A DNA stretch of 64,000 nt from Candidatus Heimdallarchaeum endolithica. GTDB lineage: Archaea > Asgardarchaeota > Heimdallarchaeia > Heimdallarchaeales > Heimdallarchaeaceae. The notes below the pieces were generated by a model. That model was not told the origin of the DNA, made no database searches, and was given only the letters and a program-made list of their open reading frames with translations. The DNA is taken from contig CP084167.1 in NCBI GenBank assembly GCA_021513715.1, positions 3,262,784 through 3,326,783 on the forward strand, in the 5' to 3' direction. Position numbers and translations under genes: made by a program. Positions within the stretch are counted from its first letter, which is position 1. Each line of letters opens with the position of its first letter. This document shows, piece after piece, positions 9,491 through 20,639 of the stretch.

Positions 9491-10096
9491 ATGATAGTTA
9501 ATAAGTCTGAACTTTCCAAGATTTTAGTTTCTAATAATATCCTCAAATTTGGTTCTTTTACACTAAAATCAGGGGCTAAAAGCTGGTTTTATGTTGATTT
9601 AAGACTCATTCCTTCGATTCCTGAAGTGTTCAACTACGTTATTGAATCATATGTTGCAAAAATAAATGAATTAGATACAATAGATGCTGTTGCAGGAATA
9701 GCTGTTGCTGGAATACCTTTTTCCTCTGTAATAGGTTATAAACTTAATCTTCCTTCTTTAATTGTAAGAAAACAATCAAAAGATTATGGATTACAGAAAA
9801 TGGTTGAAGGGAGGGCAAAAGAAAAATCAACTATTTTACTTATTGATGATGTAATTACCACTGGAGGAAGTAAAACTCCTGCTATTCTTGCACTTCGAGA
9901 GAATAACTATGTTGTAAAGGACCTTTTAGTACTTATAGATAGAAGTGAAGGAAAAGCAGAAGAATTAAAGAATCAAGGAGTTACAGTCCATTCTGTAGCT
10001 AAGATAGAGGAAATTTTTGAAGAATGCTTGAATTTATCTGATGAAGACATCTCTCCAAATGTTAAAGAAATAATAAGAAATAATTTTAAAAACTAA
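9491..10096 (+). CDS. pyrE: Orotate phosphoribosyltransferase
   Basis: FGSFTLKSG..YVDLR, RKQSKDYG, IDDVITTGGS (PRPP motif). Confidence 0.96.
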   Translation: MIVNKSELSKILVSNNILKFGSFTLKSGAKSWFYVDLRLIPSIPEVFNYVIESYVAKINELDTIDAVAGIAVAGIPFSSVIGYKLNLPSLIVRKQSKDYGLQKMVEGRAKEKSTILLIDDVITTGGSKTPAILALRENNYVVKDLLVLIDRSEGKAEELKNQGVTVHSVAKIEEIFEECLNLSDEDISPNVKEIIRNNFKN

Positions 10097-10896
10097 AATC
10101 TCACTCTTCTTCTTACTACTTCTTTCTGTTTTTCATTGAACATTTTTTGATACTTTTCAGCTTCCTTTTTAGGGTCTGTAGAATAAATAATTGCTCTACC
10201 TACATTAACCATAGTCTTAGCTCCAAAGTGGAAAAAGAGAGAATCAGCACTCCCACCTTGTGCTCCTACTCCAGGAACTAAAGCAATACATCTATCTCCT
10301 ACCTTCTTCCTGATTAAAGCTACATCCTCTTTTGATACATGACCTGTAGCTCCAATCACACAACCATCAGAAGAAGCTTCTTTGATCTGATTAGCAATAT
10401 AAAGATAAAGAGGATTGCTATCAATTGTTGCTTTTTTCTGGTATTCTGCCTCAGGATTAGACATAAGTGTGAGAACAATTATTCCTAATCCATGTTTATG
10501 GGCTGTTAGTGTAGCCTTTTTCGTGTTTCCTGCAAAAGGAGAAAAAGTAAAAGCATCAAATCCTTCTTCTTTAAACCAGTAAATAGCTGAATCATTAGTT
10601 GAACCTATATCTCCAAGTTTATGATCAATAATAGAAAGCATACCTAAAGAGTGAATAAGTTTGTTTATTTCCTTAACTTCTTCAATTGTTAATCCAATGA
10701 TATATTGTCTATTAATTTTTATTACGCTTGCATGTTTTTCTACTGCTTTTATTATGTTTATCATAAACTCTAGTTTTGTCATCTCTTTAGGAATAGTATT
10801 TTTTTCTCTTTGATTTTGTATTGCAGGATCTAAACCTACACACAAATAGCTTTTCTTGATTTTAGCATGTTCCAGATACTTATCTACAAAATTCAT
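10093..10896 (-). CDS. pyrF: Orotidine-5'-phosphate decarboxylase
   Basis: LCVGLDP, DHKLGDIGST, LVPGVGAQGG, VGRAI. Confidence 0.95.
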   Translation of the reverse strand: MNFVDKYLEHAKIKKSYLCVGLDPAIQNQREKNTIPKEMTKLEFMINIIKAVEKHASVIKINRQYIIGLTIEEVKEINKLIHSLGMLSIIDHKLGDIGSTNDSAIYWFKEEGFDAFTFSPFAGNTKKATLTAHKHGLGIIVLTLMSNPEAEYQKKATIDSNPLYLYIANQIKEASSDGCVIGATGHVSKEDVALIRKKVGDRCIALVPGVGAQGGSADSLFFHFGAKTMVNVGRAIIYSTDPKKEAEKYQKMFNEKQKEVVRRRVRF

Positions 10897-10909
10897 TCTT
10901 TTATTCCTC

Positions 10910-12103
10910 TTATCTCTTCAACATTATTTTTCCATCTTTTATAACATATTTGATGTTAGCATATAGTGGAAGATTTTCAAAAGCTGACCATTTAACTTTT
11001 GATTTTACCCAGTCTTTATCGATAAAAATGGCTTCTTTAAGGTCAGCAATAATTATATTTCCATCTTCTATGCTCGCATTGTTAATATTAAGTAATTTAG
11101 AAGGAAAACTATGATATGCTTCTATTCCTCTATCCCACGTAATTTCTCCTCTTTTTACTAAACTGAAAACAGAAGGTAATAGCTCTTGCACTCCAGGCAT
11201 ACCACTTAACTTTTTTTCTTTCTTTTCTTCTACAGTGTGAGGAGAGTGATCAGAGCTTATCATCTCAATTTCACCAGTAGAAAAAGCATCTTTTATTTCT
11301 ATTCTATCTCCTTCTGACCTAAGTGGAGGATTAACTTTCTTTTTCCACTCCTCAATTTCGCTTTTTTCATCAAAAAATATGTAACGAGGACAAGTGTCAA
11401 CGGTTAGGTTGTTTCTTTTTGTTACCCTAAGCACACGGAGGGCAAGATAGGAAGAAAGATGAGTAACGTGAAATTTCAATCTTGGGTAAATAGAAGACCA
11501 GATACTTATTTGTCTTACAGCCTCTCCTTCTGCTTCTGGAGGACGTTGTTTAAGATGATTTTTCTTATTTTTGTTTTCATTTAAAATATCAGGGTCTTCA
11601 GCATGAAAAATAACAGGTTTGTCTGATTCTATGTCTTCAAGAATTGAAAGAGCTTTTTCTATATTTTCCTTATTTATTGAGAGGTTTCCAAAAGATTCAG
11701 ACATAAATACTTTGTAAGCATCACATACTTCATCTATTTCTCTTAACTGGTCAATATTTGAGTTAGTTATGGCAGAGGCAACAAGTATATCGATTTGGCT
11801 CTTTTTTGCTAGTTCTTTTTTTATAATGATATTCTTAACTGAATCAGTAATAGGATCAGTATTCGGCATGTCTAAGACTTTAACTACTCCACCGTTTAGT
11901 GCAGCAATTGACCCTGAAACGAAGTCCTCTTTATGTTCGTATCCAGGTTGACGAAAATGAACATGAATATCAATTCCTACAGGTAGTCCAATTAAACCCG
12001 TTCCATCAATCTTTAGATCTTCTTTAGATTCAATTTCTAAATCTTGAACGTAGAAATCTTTTGTTAAATTGTTCCAACTTTCTATATTTTCTATTTTTAT
12101 CAA
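10910..12103 (-). CDS. pyrC: Dihydroorotase
   Basis: DIHVHFRQPG, DMPNT, HAED, KVNPPLR, SDHSPH. Confidence 0.93.
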   Translation of the reverse strand: MIKIENIESWNNLTKDFYVQDLEIESKEDLKIDGTGLIGLPVGIDIHVHFRQPGYEHKEDFVSGSIAALNGGVVKVLDMPNTDPITDSVKNIIIKKELAKKSQIDILVASAITNSNIDQLREIDEVCDAYKVFMSESFGNLSINKENIEKALSILEDIESDKPVIFHAEDPDILNENKNKKNHLKQRPPEAEGEAVRQISIWSSIYPRLKFHVTHLSSYLALRVLRVTKRNNLTVDTCPRYIFFDEKSEIEEWKKKVNPPLRSEGDRIEIKDAFSTGEIEMISSDHSPHTVEEKKEKKLSGMPGVQELLPSVFSLVKRGEITWDRGIEAYHSFPSKLLNINNASIEDGNIIIADLKEAIFIDKDWVKSKVKWSAFENLPLYANIKYVIKDGKIMLKR

Positions 12104-12958
12104 TCAAATCTCCTCTTTTCTTCCACTTGGTAAACGAGAATAACTGCCAAAATCAGCTATTCTTTCTAATTGTTCTTTAGAAAAAACAGGCCCGTCGACG
12201 CAGATTCTTAGTCCTTCTGGATCTACAACACAAGCTCCACAAAGACCAAAACCACAACGCATATGTCTATCAGCTAAACTCATTTGTATATCAATAATAT
12301 AGTTATAATTTCTACAGATATCAAACAATATTTTCATCATTTTTTCTGGTCCTGCAGAATATATAACAACGCTTTTCTTATTATCTTGATTTAAATACTC
12401 CTTTACCCCTTCAGTAGGAAAACCTTTTCTTCCATAGCTTCCATCATCAGTAAATGGGAAAAAAACTATTTTTTTTTCTTTTGTCCATTTTTCTAGAAGT
12501 TCAACATAAAGCAGTTTTTCTTTTGTTTTTGCTCCTTCAAAAACAAAGATTTCATCTCGTTCAGTTCTTCCTTTAATTATCTCTTCTATTAAATACTTAA
12601 GAGGGGGCATGCCGTATCCTCCTCCAACAATAATATGTGTTATTGATTTTTTAATCCGAAAAGCTTTTCCAAAAAACCCTCTTATTCCTACAAGATCTCC
12701 TTGTTCAAGTTCAAACAATGCTTCTGTTCCTTCTCCAACTTTAGCAACGCAAAGTTCTAGTATCTGGTCTCTAATCCCTGCAACACCTATTGGGAATTCA
12801 TCTATTCCAGGAACCCATAACATAACAAATTGTCCTGGTTTAGGTTTTTTGGGGGTGAAAGGAAGTTTAATAAAAAATGTTCGTGTATCTTCATCTTCTT
12901 CTCTTATTTTAACAATCTTACTCATCTCTGGTTTAGAGTTGTGAAAATACTTAGTCAT
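12104..12958 (-). CDS. pyrK: Dihydroorotate dehydrogenase electron transfer subunit
   Basis: PGQFVMLW, GGGYG, TDDGSYG, MRCGFGLCGAC..CVDGPVF (2Fe-2S). Confidence 0.93.
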   Translation of the reverse strand: MTKYFHNSKPEMSKIVKIREEDEDTRTFFIKLPFTPKKPKPGQFVMLWVPGIDEFPIGVAGIRDQILELCVAKVGEGTEALFELEQGDLVGIRGFFGKAFRIKKSITHIIVGGGYGMPPLKYLIEEIIKGRTERDEIFVFEGAKTKEKLLYVELLEKWTKEKKIVFFPFTDDGSYGRKGFPTEGVKEYLNQDNKKSVVIYSAGPEKMMKILFDICRNYNYIIDIQMSLADRHMRCGFGLCGACVVDPEGLRICVDGPVFSKEQLERIADFGSYSRLPSGRKEEI

Positions 12959-13883
12959 TATGGGCTCCTCCTATTAATTCAGAAATAGACTCTAACTTTT
13001 GTTCATTCATGTATTTCTTTATTTGTTGGATAAATAAGTTAGTTTTATTTTCTGGGTATTTTATTCCTATTGCTGTTCCAACTTCCACTGCCGATGCTCC
13101 AGCGAGTAAATATTCTATAACATCATATCCTGAATTTATTCCTCCTACACCCACAATAGGGATAATTTCTCCAAAACGTTCGAATAAGTCATAAACGAAC
13201 CTAATCCCAATTGGTTTAATTGCTGCTCCAGATAACCCTCCTCTCTTAAAACCTAAAATAGGTTTTTTTGAATATATATCAATAATCATTGCTTTTAGAG
13301 TGTTGATTGCCACTAATGCCGATGCTCCTCCTCTTATTGCAGCTTCTGCTATTTCAAAAATATCTGTGATGTTGGGAGTAAGTTTAACCCAAATAGGTTT
13401 AGAAGTTCTTTTTCTCATCTCTTTTGTGATTTTATATACAAGTTGGGGGTCTGTTCCTACTGCTAGTCCCTCTTTTTCAGTATTTGGACATGAAAGATTT
13501 AACTCAAAACCAAGAAAAAGTAGATCATCTAATCCTTCTAATACTTCACTAAATTCTTTAATATTTCCTCCAAATATAGAAACAATAGTAGGAACCTTTT
13601 TTTCGATGAGAATCTTTAATTCTTCTTTGTATAGTTTGTAACCAGGGTTAGCTAGTCCAACAGAGTTAATTGCACTTTTAATCTCATGTAGAAAAAAAAC
13701 ACTAGGATTAGGATTACCTTCTCTTTCCTCAATTCCAATACTTTTCGTTATAACTGCTCCAAAACCTGATTTGTAAATTCTGTTTAGTGAAGAATAGGAA
13801 GAACCTAACACTCCTGAAGCCAAAATCAAAGGATTACGTAGTGTTATTTTTCCTATTCTTGTTTCAAGGTTCATCAAAAACAT
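12951..13883 (-). CDS. pyrD: Dihydroorotate dehydrogenase (class 1B) catalytic subunit
   Basis: NPLILASG, NSVGLANPG, ELNLSCPN, KLTPN, GGLSG. Confidence 0.96.
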   Translation of the reverse strand: MFLMNLETRIGKITLRNPLILASGVLGSSYSSLNRIYKSGFGAVITKSIGIEEREGNPNPSVFFLHEIKSAINSVGLANPGYKLYKEELKILIEKKVPTIVSIFGGNIKEFSEVLEGLDDLLFLGFELNLSCPNTEKEGLAVGTDPQLVYKITKEMRKRTSKPIWVKLTPNITDIFEIAEAAIRGGASALVAINTLKAMIIDIYSKKPILGFKRGGLSGAAIKPIGIRFVYDLFERFGEIIPIVGVGGINSGYDVIEYLLAGASAVEVGTAIGIKYPENKTNLFIQQIKKYMNEQKLESISELIGGAHND

Positions 13884-14055
13884 TTTGTTTAGCTATTATT
13901 AAAATTTTAGAAGAAACTATACAAACTTGGATTTAGTAATTTTTTTGATAATAGTTTCACTTAACCTAAAGGAAAGAAAGAAATTTTTCTAATAACAATA
14001 AAACATTAATACTGTGATGTAAAAGTCCTTTATCTCTCAATATATATTAACTCTG

Positions 14056-14766
14056 GTGAAACAGTTGACACGCATTGCGATCATCTCTGACATACATGGT
14101 AATATCTTCGGTCTTAAAGCATTCTTTGAGGATATTAAAAATAAAAAAATCGATGAAATTATCTGTTTAGGAGATGTTGTAGGTTATTATCCTTATCCAA
14201 ATGAAGTAATAGAACTAGTAAGGGATAAATGTACAATAACAATTTTAGGAAATCATGATGCTGGAGTTATAGGTGTTGAACCAGAATTCAATTTTAATGA
14301 TTATGCTTTAGAAGCTCTTAACTGGACAAAGAAACATATAAGCGAAGAGAACCTTAATTGGTTAAAAACGCTAAAGAAAAGAGTTCAAATTGTGAGAGAT
14401 AATAAAAATCTATATCTTGTTCATGGTTCCCCATATGATGTTTTTGATTATATTTATGTTTATGATGAAAGAGACAAGGAAATGATTTTGGAAACTATAG
14501 AGTTTTTAAAAACTGATGTTTTGATGGTAGGACATACACATGTTCCAGTAAAAGTAGAATATAATAACGGAAAACTTTTTCTTAATCCTGGTTCAATCGG
14601 TCAACCTAGAAATGGACATAAGGGTGCATATTATGCTATTTTAGATACTGAAACTTTTACTGCTGAGTTTTACAGGCTTTTATACGACTTTAGTGAATTA
14701 CAAGAAAAAGTGATAGAAGAGGGTTTACCTGAAATTCTTGCAACAAGGTTAGATGAAGGAAGATAA
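14056..14766 (+). CDS. Calcineurin-like metallophosphoesterase
   Basis: SDIHGN, LGDVVGY, GNHD, HGSP, GHTH, NPGSIGQPR. Confidence 0.92.
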   Translation: MKQLTRIAIISDIHGNIFGLKAFFEDIKNKKIDEIICLGDVVGYYPYPNEVIELVRDKCTITILGNHDAGVIGVEPEFNFNDYALEALNWTKKHISEENLNWLKTLKKRVQIVRDNKNLYLVHGSPYDVFDYIYVYDERDKEMILETIEFLKTDVLMVGHTHVPVKVEYNNGKLFLNPGSIGQPRNGHKGAYYAILDTETFTAEFYRLLYDFSELQEKVIEEGLPEILATRLDEGR

Positions 14767-14769
14767 TTT

Positions 14770-15171
14770 CTAATAATCGTCAAAGTCGTAAGGTATTAAA
14801 TCTTCTCCATATTCTTTTTCCAATTCTCTAAGTTGCGCTTCTTCATTTTCATGATATAAATCGTGAAGGATTACTAAAGCTACTCCTGGAGGAGATCCAA
14901 TTAAAACACTTAATTCTCTGTAATCTATTCCAGGATTGTCTGGTATGATATTAGTTTGGACATAACCTTTTAAGTTGGCGTAATTAGCGACACTTCTCAC
15001 AGCATCAATAAGATCGTTAATTTTTCCTTGAAAACCAGGAAAATTAACGTGATTTAGTTTGTATTGCTTTATTTTCTCTCTAAATTTTCTTTTTTCTTCC
15101 TCTCTTTTTTTTCTAAGTTCTCTTACTTTCCTTCCTCTATCTTCGTCAATAAAATGCGTTAAATCGACCAT
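14770..15171 (-). CDS. Hypothetical protein
   Basis: 133-aa ORF with ATG start filling the gap; no motif recognised. Confidence 0.6.
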   Translation of the reverse strand: MVDLTHFIDEDRGRKVRELRKKREEEKRKFREKIKQYKLNHVNFPGFQGKINDLIDAVRSVANYANLKGYVQTNIIPDNPGIDYRELSVLIGSPPGVALVILHDLYHENEEAQLRELEKEYGEDLIPYDFDDY

Positions 15172-15276
15172 TTTTTTACCCCAGCTATTTCCGACGCTCT
15201 AAGTTATAAATCGATAATAATAAAAAAAGTTATGTATTGATTTTTTTTCTGAAAGTGAAAGTTTTTTAGAATGTAA

Positions 15277-16776
15277 TTACTTAATCCAACCTTTACTTCT
15301 TTTCACTGCTTCATGCCATTTTTCTAGCATTTTGTCTTTTTTGTCGGTATCTAGGTGAGGAGTGAATTCAATATCAATAACAAAATTCTTTTCAATATCT
15401 ATTAAATTCTCCCAGTATTCGACTGCTAATCCAGCTAAATAAGCAGCTCCTAAGGCTGTAGTCTCTTTCACTAGTGGACGTTGAACAATAGTTTGAGAAA
15501 TGTCTGACTGGAATTGGAGAAGAGGATCGCAATTTGTTACTCCCCCATCAACTCTAAGAACAGGAATATCTTTCCCTGAGTCCTTTTTCATAGCATCTAT
15601 AACATCTTGAGATTGATAAACAATTGACTCAAGACCTGCACGAATAATATGATCCCTTGTTGTAGCTTGGGTTAAACCTATGATTATTCCTCTGGCGAAG
15701 GAATCCCAATATGGAGCTCCTAAACCAACAAAAGCAGGAACTAAATAGACTCCTTCAGTTGATGGAGTACGATTCATTATATCTGTTGTTTGTTTAACAT
15801 CAGGAAGAATACCAATTTTATTTTTTAGCCAGTTTAAGAGTGCTCCAGTAATAAATACACTTCCTTCAAGGGCATAAGTTGTTTGATCATTATCTATTTT
15901 CCATGCAACTGTAGATAGTAGGCCGTTTTTTGAGAAAACTATGTCTTTACCAGTATTTTGTAAGAGAAAATTACCTGTACCATAAGTGTTTTTTACAGAA
16001 CCAGGTTGAAAACATGTTTGTCCAAAAAGAGCTGCTTGCTGATCTCCAGCAGCTCCAGAAACAGGAATAGAAATTGTAAAGAGCTCTTTCTTTGTTTCAC
16101 CATAAGTATTTTTATCGCTTGAAGGTTTAATATCAGGAAGAGCAGAGATAATATCTTTTGGTAAACCAATTATCTCAATAAGTTCATCATCCCAAGTTCC
16201 TTTATGAATGTTCATGAGTAAAGTTCTTGAGGAATTAGAGTAATCTGTAACATGATTACCAGTCAAGTTGTAAATTATCCAAGAATCAATAGTCCCAATT
16301 TGTAATCTTCCATCCTTTAGCATATCTTTTACTTTAGGAACATTATCGATTAACCATCTTATTTTTGTACCAGAAAAATAAGGGTCCAAAACTAGTCCTG
16401 TTTTTTTTCTAAAAAGATCTGAATAATTTTTCCTTAATTCTTCACAGAAATTAGCTGTTCTCCTACATTGCCAAACAATTGCATTGTGTAACGGTTTACC
16501 ATTTTCTTTATTCCATGCAACAATTGTTTCTCTTTGATTTGTTATTCCTATTGCTTTAATTTGAGAAAAATCAAGTTTTTCTTTGTTCACTGCATCTTTA
16601 ATCACTTTTAAGGTATTTTCCAAAATCTCTTCTGGATTGTGTTCAACCCACCCTTCATTTGGAAAAATCTGTTGGTGTTCTAAATAGGAGTTAGAAACCT
16701 CTAAACCGTTTTTATTAAATATTATTGCTCTTGTTCCTGTTGTTCCTTGATCAATAGCTAAAATGTATTTATTCAT
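15277..16776 (-). CDS. glpK: Glycerol kinase
   Basis: AIDQGTTGTR, GITNQRET, YFSGTK, GDQQAALFG, KNTYGTG, GLGAPYW. Confidence 0.97.
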   Translation of the reverse strand: MNKYILAIDQGTTGTRAIIFNKNGLEVSNSYLEHQQIFPNEGWVEHNPEEILENTLKVIKDAVNKEKLDFSQIKAIGITNQRETIVAWNKENGKPLHNAIVWQCRRTANFCEELRKNYSDLFRKKTGLVLDPYFSGTKIRWLIDNVPKVKDMLKDGRLQIGTIDSWIIYNLTGNHVTDYSNSSRTLLMNIHKGTWDDELIEIIGLPKDIISALPDIKPSSDKNTYGETKKELFTISIPVSGAAGDQQAALFGQTCFQPGSVKNTYGTGNFLLQNTGKDIVFSKNGLLSTVAWKIDNDQTTYALEGSVFITGALLNWLKNKIGILPDVKQTTDIMNRTPSTEGVYLVPAFVGLGAPYWDSFARGIIIGLTQATTRDHIIRAGLESIVYQSQDVIDAMKKDSGKDIPVLRVDGGVTNCDPLLQFQSDISQTIVQRPLVKETTALGAAYLAGLAVEYWENLIDIEKNFVIDIEFTPHLDTDKKDKMLEKWHEAVKRSKGWIK

Positions 16777-16814
16777 AGGTTTTTTTTGAAGAAAGTATTA
16801 ATATGTTTTTTGTA

Positions 16815-18047
16815 CTATTTTAAAACTACAACTACTTGTTCTTCTATTTCTCCATTTAGAATCTCTTCATTTTGTTCAATTTTATCTTTTTTCTGATTAT
16901 CTTTTCGCGTGTTAATATATTGTCTATTTTTCCATTGGATTGGTTTTCCTAGAACTCCTTGAATTATAGAAATAATAATTATAATAACTGTTATTGTCAT
17001 TCCAATAGGATGGAAAAGATAGAAAAATAAGCTACCATCTCCCCTTTTGTGCCAATAACTAAAATAACTTGCTGAAAAGCCAAAATATAATCCCAAATTA
17101 AATAATAGATCAATTGACCAAACAGGATTATCAACAATGGTTTGTACAACAAAATAAGCAGAGATAAAACTATATGATATCCATAATATGATGAAGAAGA
17201 TCCTCCAAATAGGAAAATTAAGTAACCCTTCAAAAATCACTTTTCTAAATCCTTTATAAAAAGATAGAAAATTATCAGGATACATTCTAGTTGAAACGAG
17301 TCTATTTGGTTCTAGAAAATATATTTTTTGACCAAATTCTTTCACTCTTTTAGCTAGTGCGATATCTTCGATAATAGAGTCTTTTACTGCTTCATGTCCT
17401 CCAATTATTTCATAACCTTTTCTTGTGAAGAGAAGATATTGACCAATTGCCATGTAAGCTCTTTTATTATTTTTATCTATGATATCTTTCATAGGTCCCC
17501 CAACAAAATAACTTAAGAAGAAGTAATAGCCTATCATGTACTCATACCACTTCTTAGCTTTTTGATAAGGAAGCATGGAAACAAGAGTAGATTCAGAACC
17601 TAAAAGTTGAAAAATGTTTATCTTTAATGACCTTTCTTCGTGAAAAGTATCTGCATCAGTAAACAAAAGAATATCTCCTTTTGATTCTTTATAACCCAGA
17701 TAGCATCCATAGCTTTTACCCATCCATCCTCTGGGGACTTCAGAATCAACAATCACCACATCAGCATACTCATTAGCAATTTGAACAGTTGCGTCCTTTG
17801 ATCCTCCATCAGAAACAATAATTTCTATTTTTTCTTTTGGATAATCTAAATTTTTTAAACTTTCCAAACAATTTTTGATATTTCTTTCCTCGTTTAATGT
17901 GGGGATGATAATACTAACTTTAGGAAGATTTGCATCAGTAACAGGTTTGAGTTGCCAACCTATTGCACTGCCTTTTTGAATCCAGATAAGATAAAGAAGG
18001 CAAACAAGAACTAATAATAAATATAGCCCATTATACAATAATTTCAT
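16815..18047 (-). CDS. Membrane-bound GT2 glycosyltransferase (CrtQ/HpnB-like)
   Basis: SIIIPTLNEE, DGGSKD, GWMGK, FTDAD, IEDIALA; N- and C-terminal TMs. Confidence 0.88.
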   Translation of the reverse strand: MKLLYNGLYLLLVLVCLLYLIWIQKGSAIGWQLKPVTDANLPKVSIIIPTLNEERNIKNCLESLKNLDYPKEKIEIIVSDGGSKDATVQIANEYADVVIVDSEVPRGWMGKSYGCYLGYKESKGDILLFTDADTFHEERSLKINIFQLLGSESTLVSMLPYQKAKKWYEYMIGYYFFLSYFVGGPMKDIIDKNNKRAYMAIGQYLLFTRKGYEIIGGHEAVKDSIIEDIALAKRVKEFGQKIYFLEPNRLVSTRMYPDNFLSFYKGFRKVIFEGLLNFPIWRIFFIILWISYSFISAYFVVQTIVDNPVWSIDLLFNLGLYFGFSASYFSYWHKRGDGSLFFYLFHPIGMTITVIIIIISIIQGVLGKPIQWKNRQYINTRKDNQKKDKIEQNEEILNGEIEEQVVVVLK

Positions 18048-18100
18048 TTAATATCTTCCCAGTTCAAAGAAAAAACAGTTGTATTTATTTTTTCCTACAA

Positions 18101-18793
18101 ATGTATAAGTGCAGATATAAAAAAATTCAAATTTTGCATTTAATTTTGAACATAATGCTGATAATTTTTGATTTAGATGGAACATTGGTTCAGAGTAATA
18201 TTCTCTATTCTGAAATAAAAAAAGAACTTAAGGATTTACTTAAAGGAATCATTAGTAAAGAACTATACGAGGAATTTGTTTCTATTCCAAGATCTATTCT
18301 TGAAATTTTGAGTTATATTTCTAAAAATGATAGTTCTTGTTTTTATAGTAAAAAAGCTTGGGAAATAGTGGAAAACTATGAGATTAAAGGATATGAAAAT
18401 GCTACTATTCATGATGATGTTCTTCCTACTTTAAAGATTCTTAAAGAAAAAGGAGCAACTATAGCCATTTTAACAAATAATTCAAGAAAGTTAACAGATT
18501 TTGCTATGAAACAGTTTAATTTGAATAAATATGTTGATTTTGTTGTAACTAGAGATGATGTTGAAAGAGTCAAACCTGATCCTGAAGGAATCTATAAAAT
18601 AATGAAAAAGTTCAACAGAAGTAAGGAAGAAACTCTTTTTATAGGTGATTCTTGGTTAGATGCAGAATCTGCTTTTAATGCAGGAGTGAAGTTTGCTTAT
18701 TTTGGAAAAGATAGTGGTGAAACAAGAGAAAAAAAGATTCCTGCTAAAATTGAAATAAATTCAATTAGTGAAGTCTTAAATTTAGGTTTTTGA
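18101..18793 (+). CDS. HAD phosphatase (phosphoglycolate-phosphatase-like)
   Basis: FDLDGTL, LTNN, KPDP, IGDSWLD; true start probably ATG 18155. Confidence 0.88.
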   Translation: MYKCRYKKIQILHLILNIMLIIFDLDGTLVQSNILYSEIKKELKDLLKGIISKELYEEFVSIPRSILEILSYISKNDSSCFYSKKAWEIVENYEIKGYENATIHDDVLPTLKILKEKGATIAILTNNSRKLTDFAMKQFNLNKYVDFVVTRDDVERVKPDPEGIYKIMKKFNRSKEETLFIGDSWLDAESAFNAGVKFAYFGKDSGETREKKIPAKIEINSISEVLNLGF

Positions 18794-18854
18794 ACTTTTA
18801 TCATTTCTTTTAAAAACAAATAAATAGTACTTTGAGATTAGTTTGCTGATATAA

Positions 18855-20639
18855 ATGAAACTCAGATTAATGTTTAGAGGGATTCTAACACTCACTTTTA
18901 TGTGGGGACTGGTATTTGCATTAGTATTAGCTGTTGAAGCAATCGTATTTCTTGCAACTGATGGTTCTGTTACAGCTGCTGTAATATTTACTTATCTCCC
19001 TGTTGTGATTACTTTAGGAATACTTTTTCTTCAATTTTTGCTTTCACCATTTTTTATGGACTTAAACCTTCGTTGGTTATATAAGATGACATGGATTCAT
19101 CCAGAACAACTCCCTCCTCACTTAGCTAAATTCATTGCAGAACAAGAAGCAAAACATGGTATCTCAATAAAAAAAGTGGGAATGATTCATGACCAAAATC
19201 CACAAGCTTTTACTTATGGTCATTTCAAGAAAAATGCTCGTGTGGTTCTTTCTGATGGGATATTAAACCTTCTTACTCCAGAAGAACAAGTAGCTGTAGT
19301 TGGACATGAACTTGGACATATTGCTCATATGGACTTCTTGTTTATGACAATTGCTGCTGCTGTACCTGTTATTCTCTATACTTTCTATGCTTTTTCAAGA
19401 GGCGTTCTAAGAACAATGAGATATACTTCTAAAAGTGGAGGAAAAGATTCAGGAAAAGCTGCTGCTGCTATAGGTCTCACAGCTTTTGTTTTTATGGTCA
19501 TTAGCTATTTGTTTTATATAATAAGTCAATTTTTAGTTCTCTTTTTGAGTAGAGTACGTGAATATTATGCAGATAGTTTTTCTGCAGAAAATACTGGTAA
19601 CCCTAAAGGTCTTTCTACTGCTTTGGTTAAAATAGCCTACGGTATGGTTCAAAGCCAGGCTGCTTATGCAACACAAATGCATGACAAATCTGCCTCAACG
19701 AAGGGAAGAGTTAAAGCTTCTCAACGTTATGGTTTTACAAATGCTATCCGCAGTATGAATATTTTTGATGTTAAAGCAGCTCAAGGTTTAGTAATGTCTG
19801 CTTATGCTCAATCTGCTACTGCAGAAATTGAACCTGAAATGGTCGTTCGTGCTGCAGCTTGGGATTTAGAAAGCCCATGGGCTACTTACCTTGAACTCCA
19901 AAGTACACATCCTCTTGCAGCAAAAAGATTATTGGCTTTAGACGATATTGCTGAAGAAATGGGATTAAAACGAGCTTATCCGACTTTGGGAGAAGACAAG
20001 ATTCATGAAACTCTATGGGATGAATTTTTAGTAGATTTATTTGTCTATTATGCTCTTCCATCTCTAATGCTAATTCTTCCAGCTTTAGGTTCACTAGTTA
20101 TTCTAGCAGGAATTAATCCACTTATTGGTGTAGGAGGAGGCCTCGCATTAGCTGCATTATTGTGGATATGGAGAATTAAGATTAGGTATCCAAAGATCTC
20201 TCCTGATTTACCTATAATTAACATTATAGATGCTGTTACAGATGTTTCAGATGATAGATACGCTGAAGCATCTCCTGTTAGAGGAAAACCAATTAAACTT
20301 GAGGGACTAATAATTGGAAGAGGACAAGCAGGTTACTATTTCAGTGAAGATATGGTTCTCCAAGATTCAACTGGAATTATTACTTTAGATTATAATCCTG
20401 TTTTCAATTTCATGAGATGGATAACTGCTTTATTCCGTGTTGAAAAATTGATTGGAAACAGAGTAATAGTCTTTGGTTGGTACAGACGTTCTCCTAAGCC
20501 ATATGTTATGATAAAGAAGATGATTAAGCCTGATGGAAAGAAAATAGGTAGCAACTGGGATATAGCCAATTGGTTACTTGTTTTTGTACTCTTGATCGTT
20601 GCATTTGTCTTAGTTGTTTTAGGTTTAGGAATAGTGTAA
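18855..20639 (+). CDS. htpX: M48 (HtpX-like) membrane zinc protease with C-terminal extension
   Basis: PQAFTYG, HELGH, SRVREYYAD, STHP. Confidence 0.88.
   Translation: MKLRLMFRGILTLTFMWGLVFALVLAVEAIVFLATDGSVTAAVIFTYLPVVITLGILFLQFLLSPFFMDLNLRWLYKMTWIHPEQLPPHLAKFIAEQEAKHGISIKKVGMIHDQNPQAFTYGHFKKNARVVLSDGILNLLTPEEQVAVVGHELGHIAHMDFLFMTIAAAVPVILYTFYAFSRGVLRTMRYTSKSGGKDSGKAAAAIGLTAFVFMVISYLFYIISQFLVLFLSRVREYYADSFSAENTGNPKGLSTALVKIAYGMVQSQAAYATQMHDKSASTKGRVKASQRYGFTNAIRSMNIFDVKAAQGLVMSAYAQSATAEIEPEMVVRAAAWDLESPWATYLELQSTHPLAAKRLLALDDIAEEMGLKRAYPTLGEDKIHETLWDEFLVDLFVYYALPSLMLILPALGSLVILAGINPLIGVGGGLALAALLWIWRIKIRYPKISPDLPIINIIDAVTDVSDDRYAEASPVRGKPIKLEGLIIGRGQAGYYFSEDMVLQDSTGIITLDYNPVFNFMRWITALFRVEKLIGNRVIVFGWYRRSPKPYVMIKKMIKPDGKKIGSNWDIANWLLVFVLLIVAFVLVVLGLGIV

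Noticed and set aside
9491-13883. pyr cluster lacking pyrB/pyrI and carAB
   Set aside because: Split pyrimidine operons are common in archaea; the missing genes are probably elsewhere.
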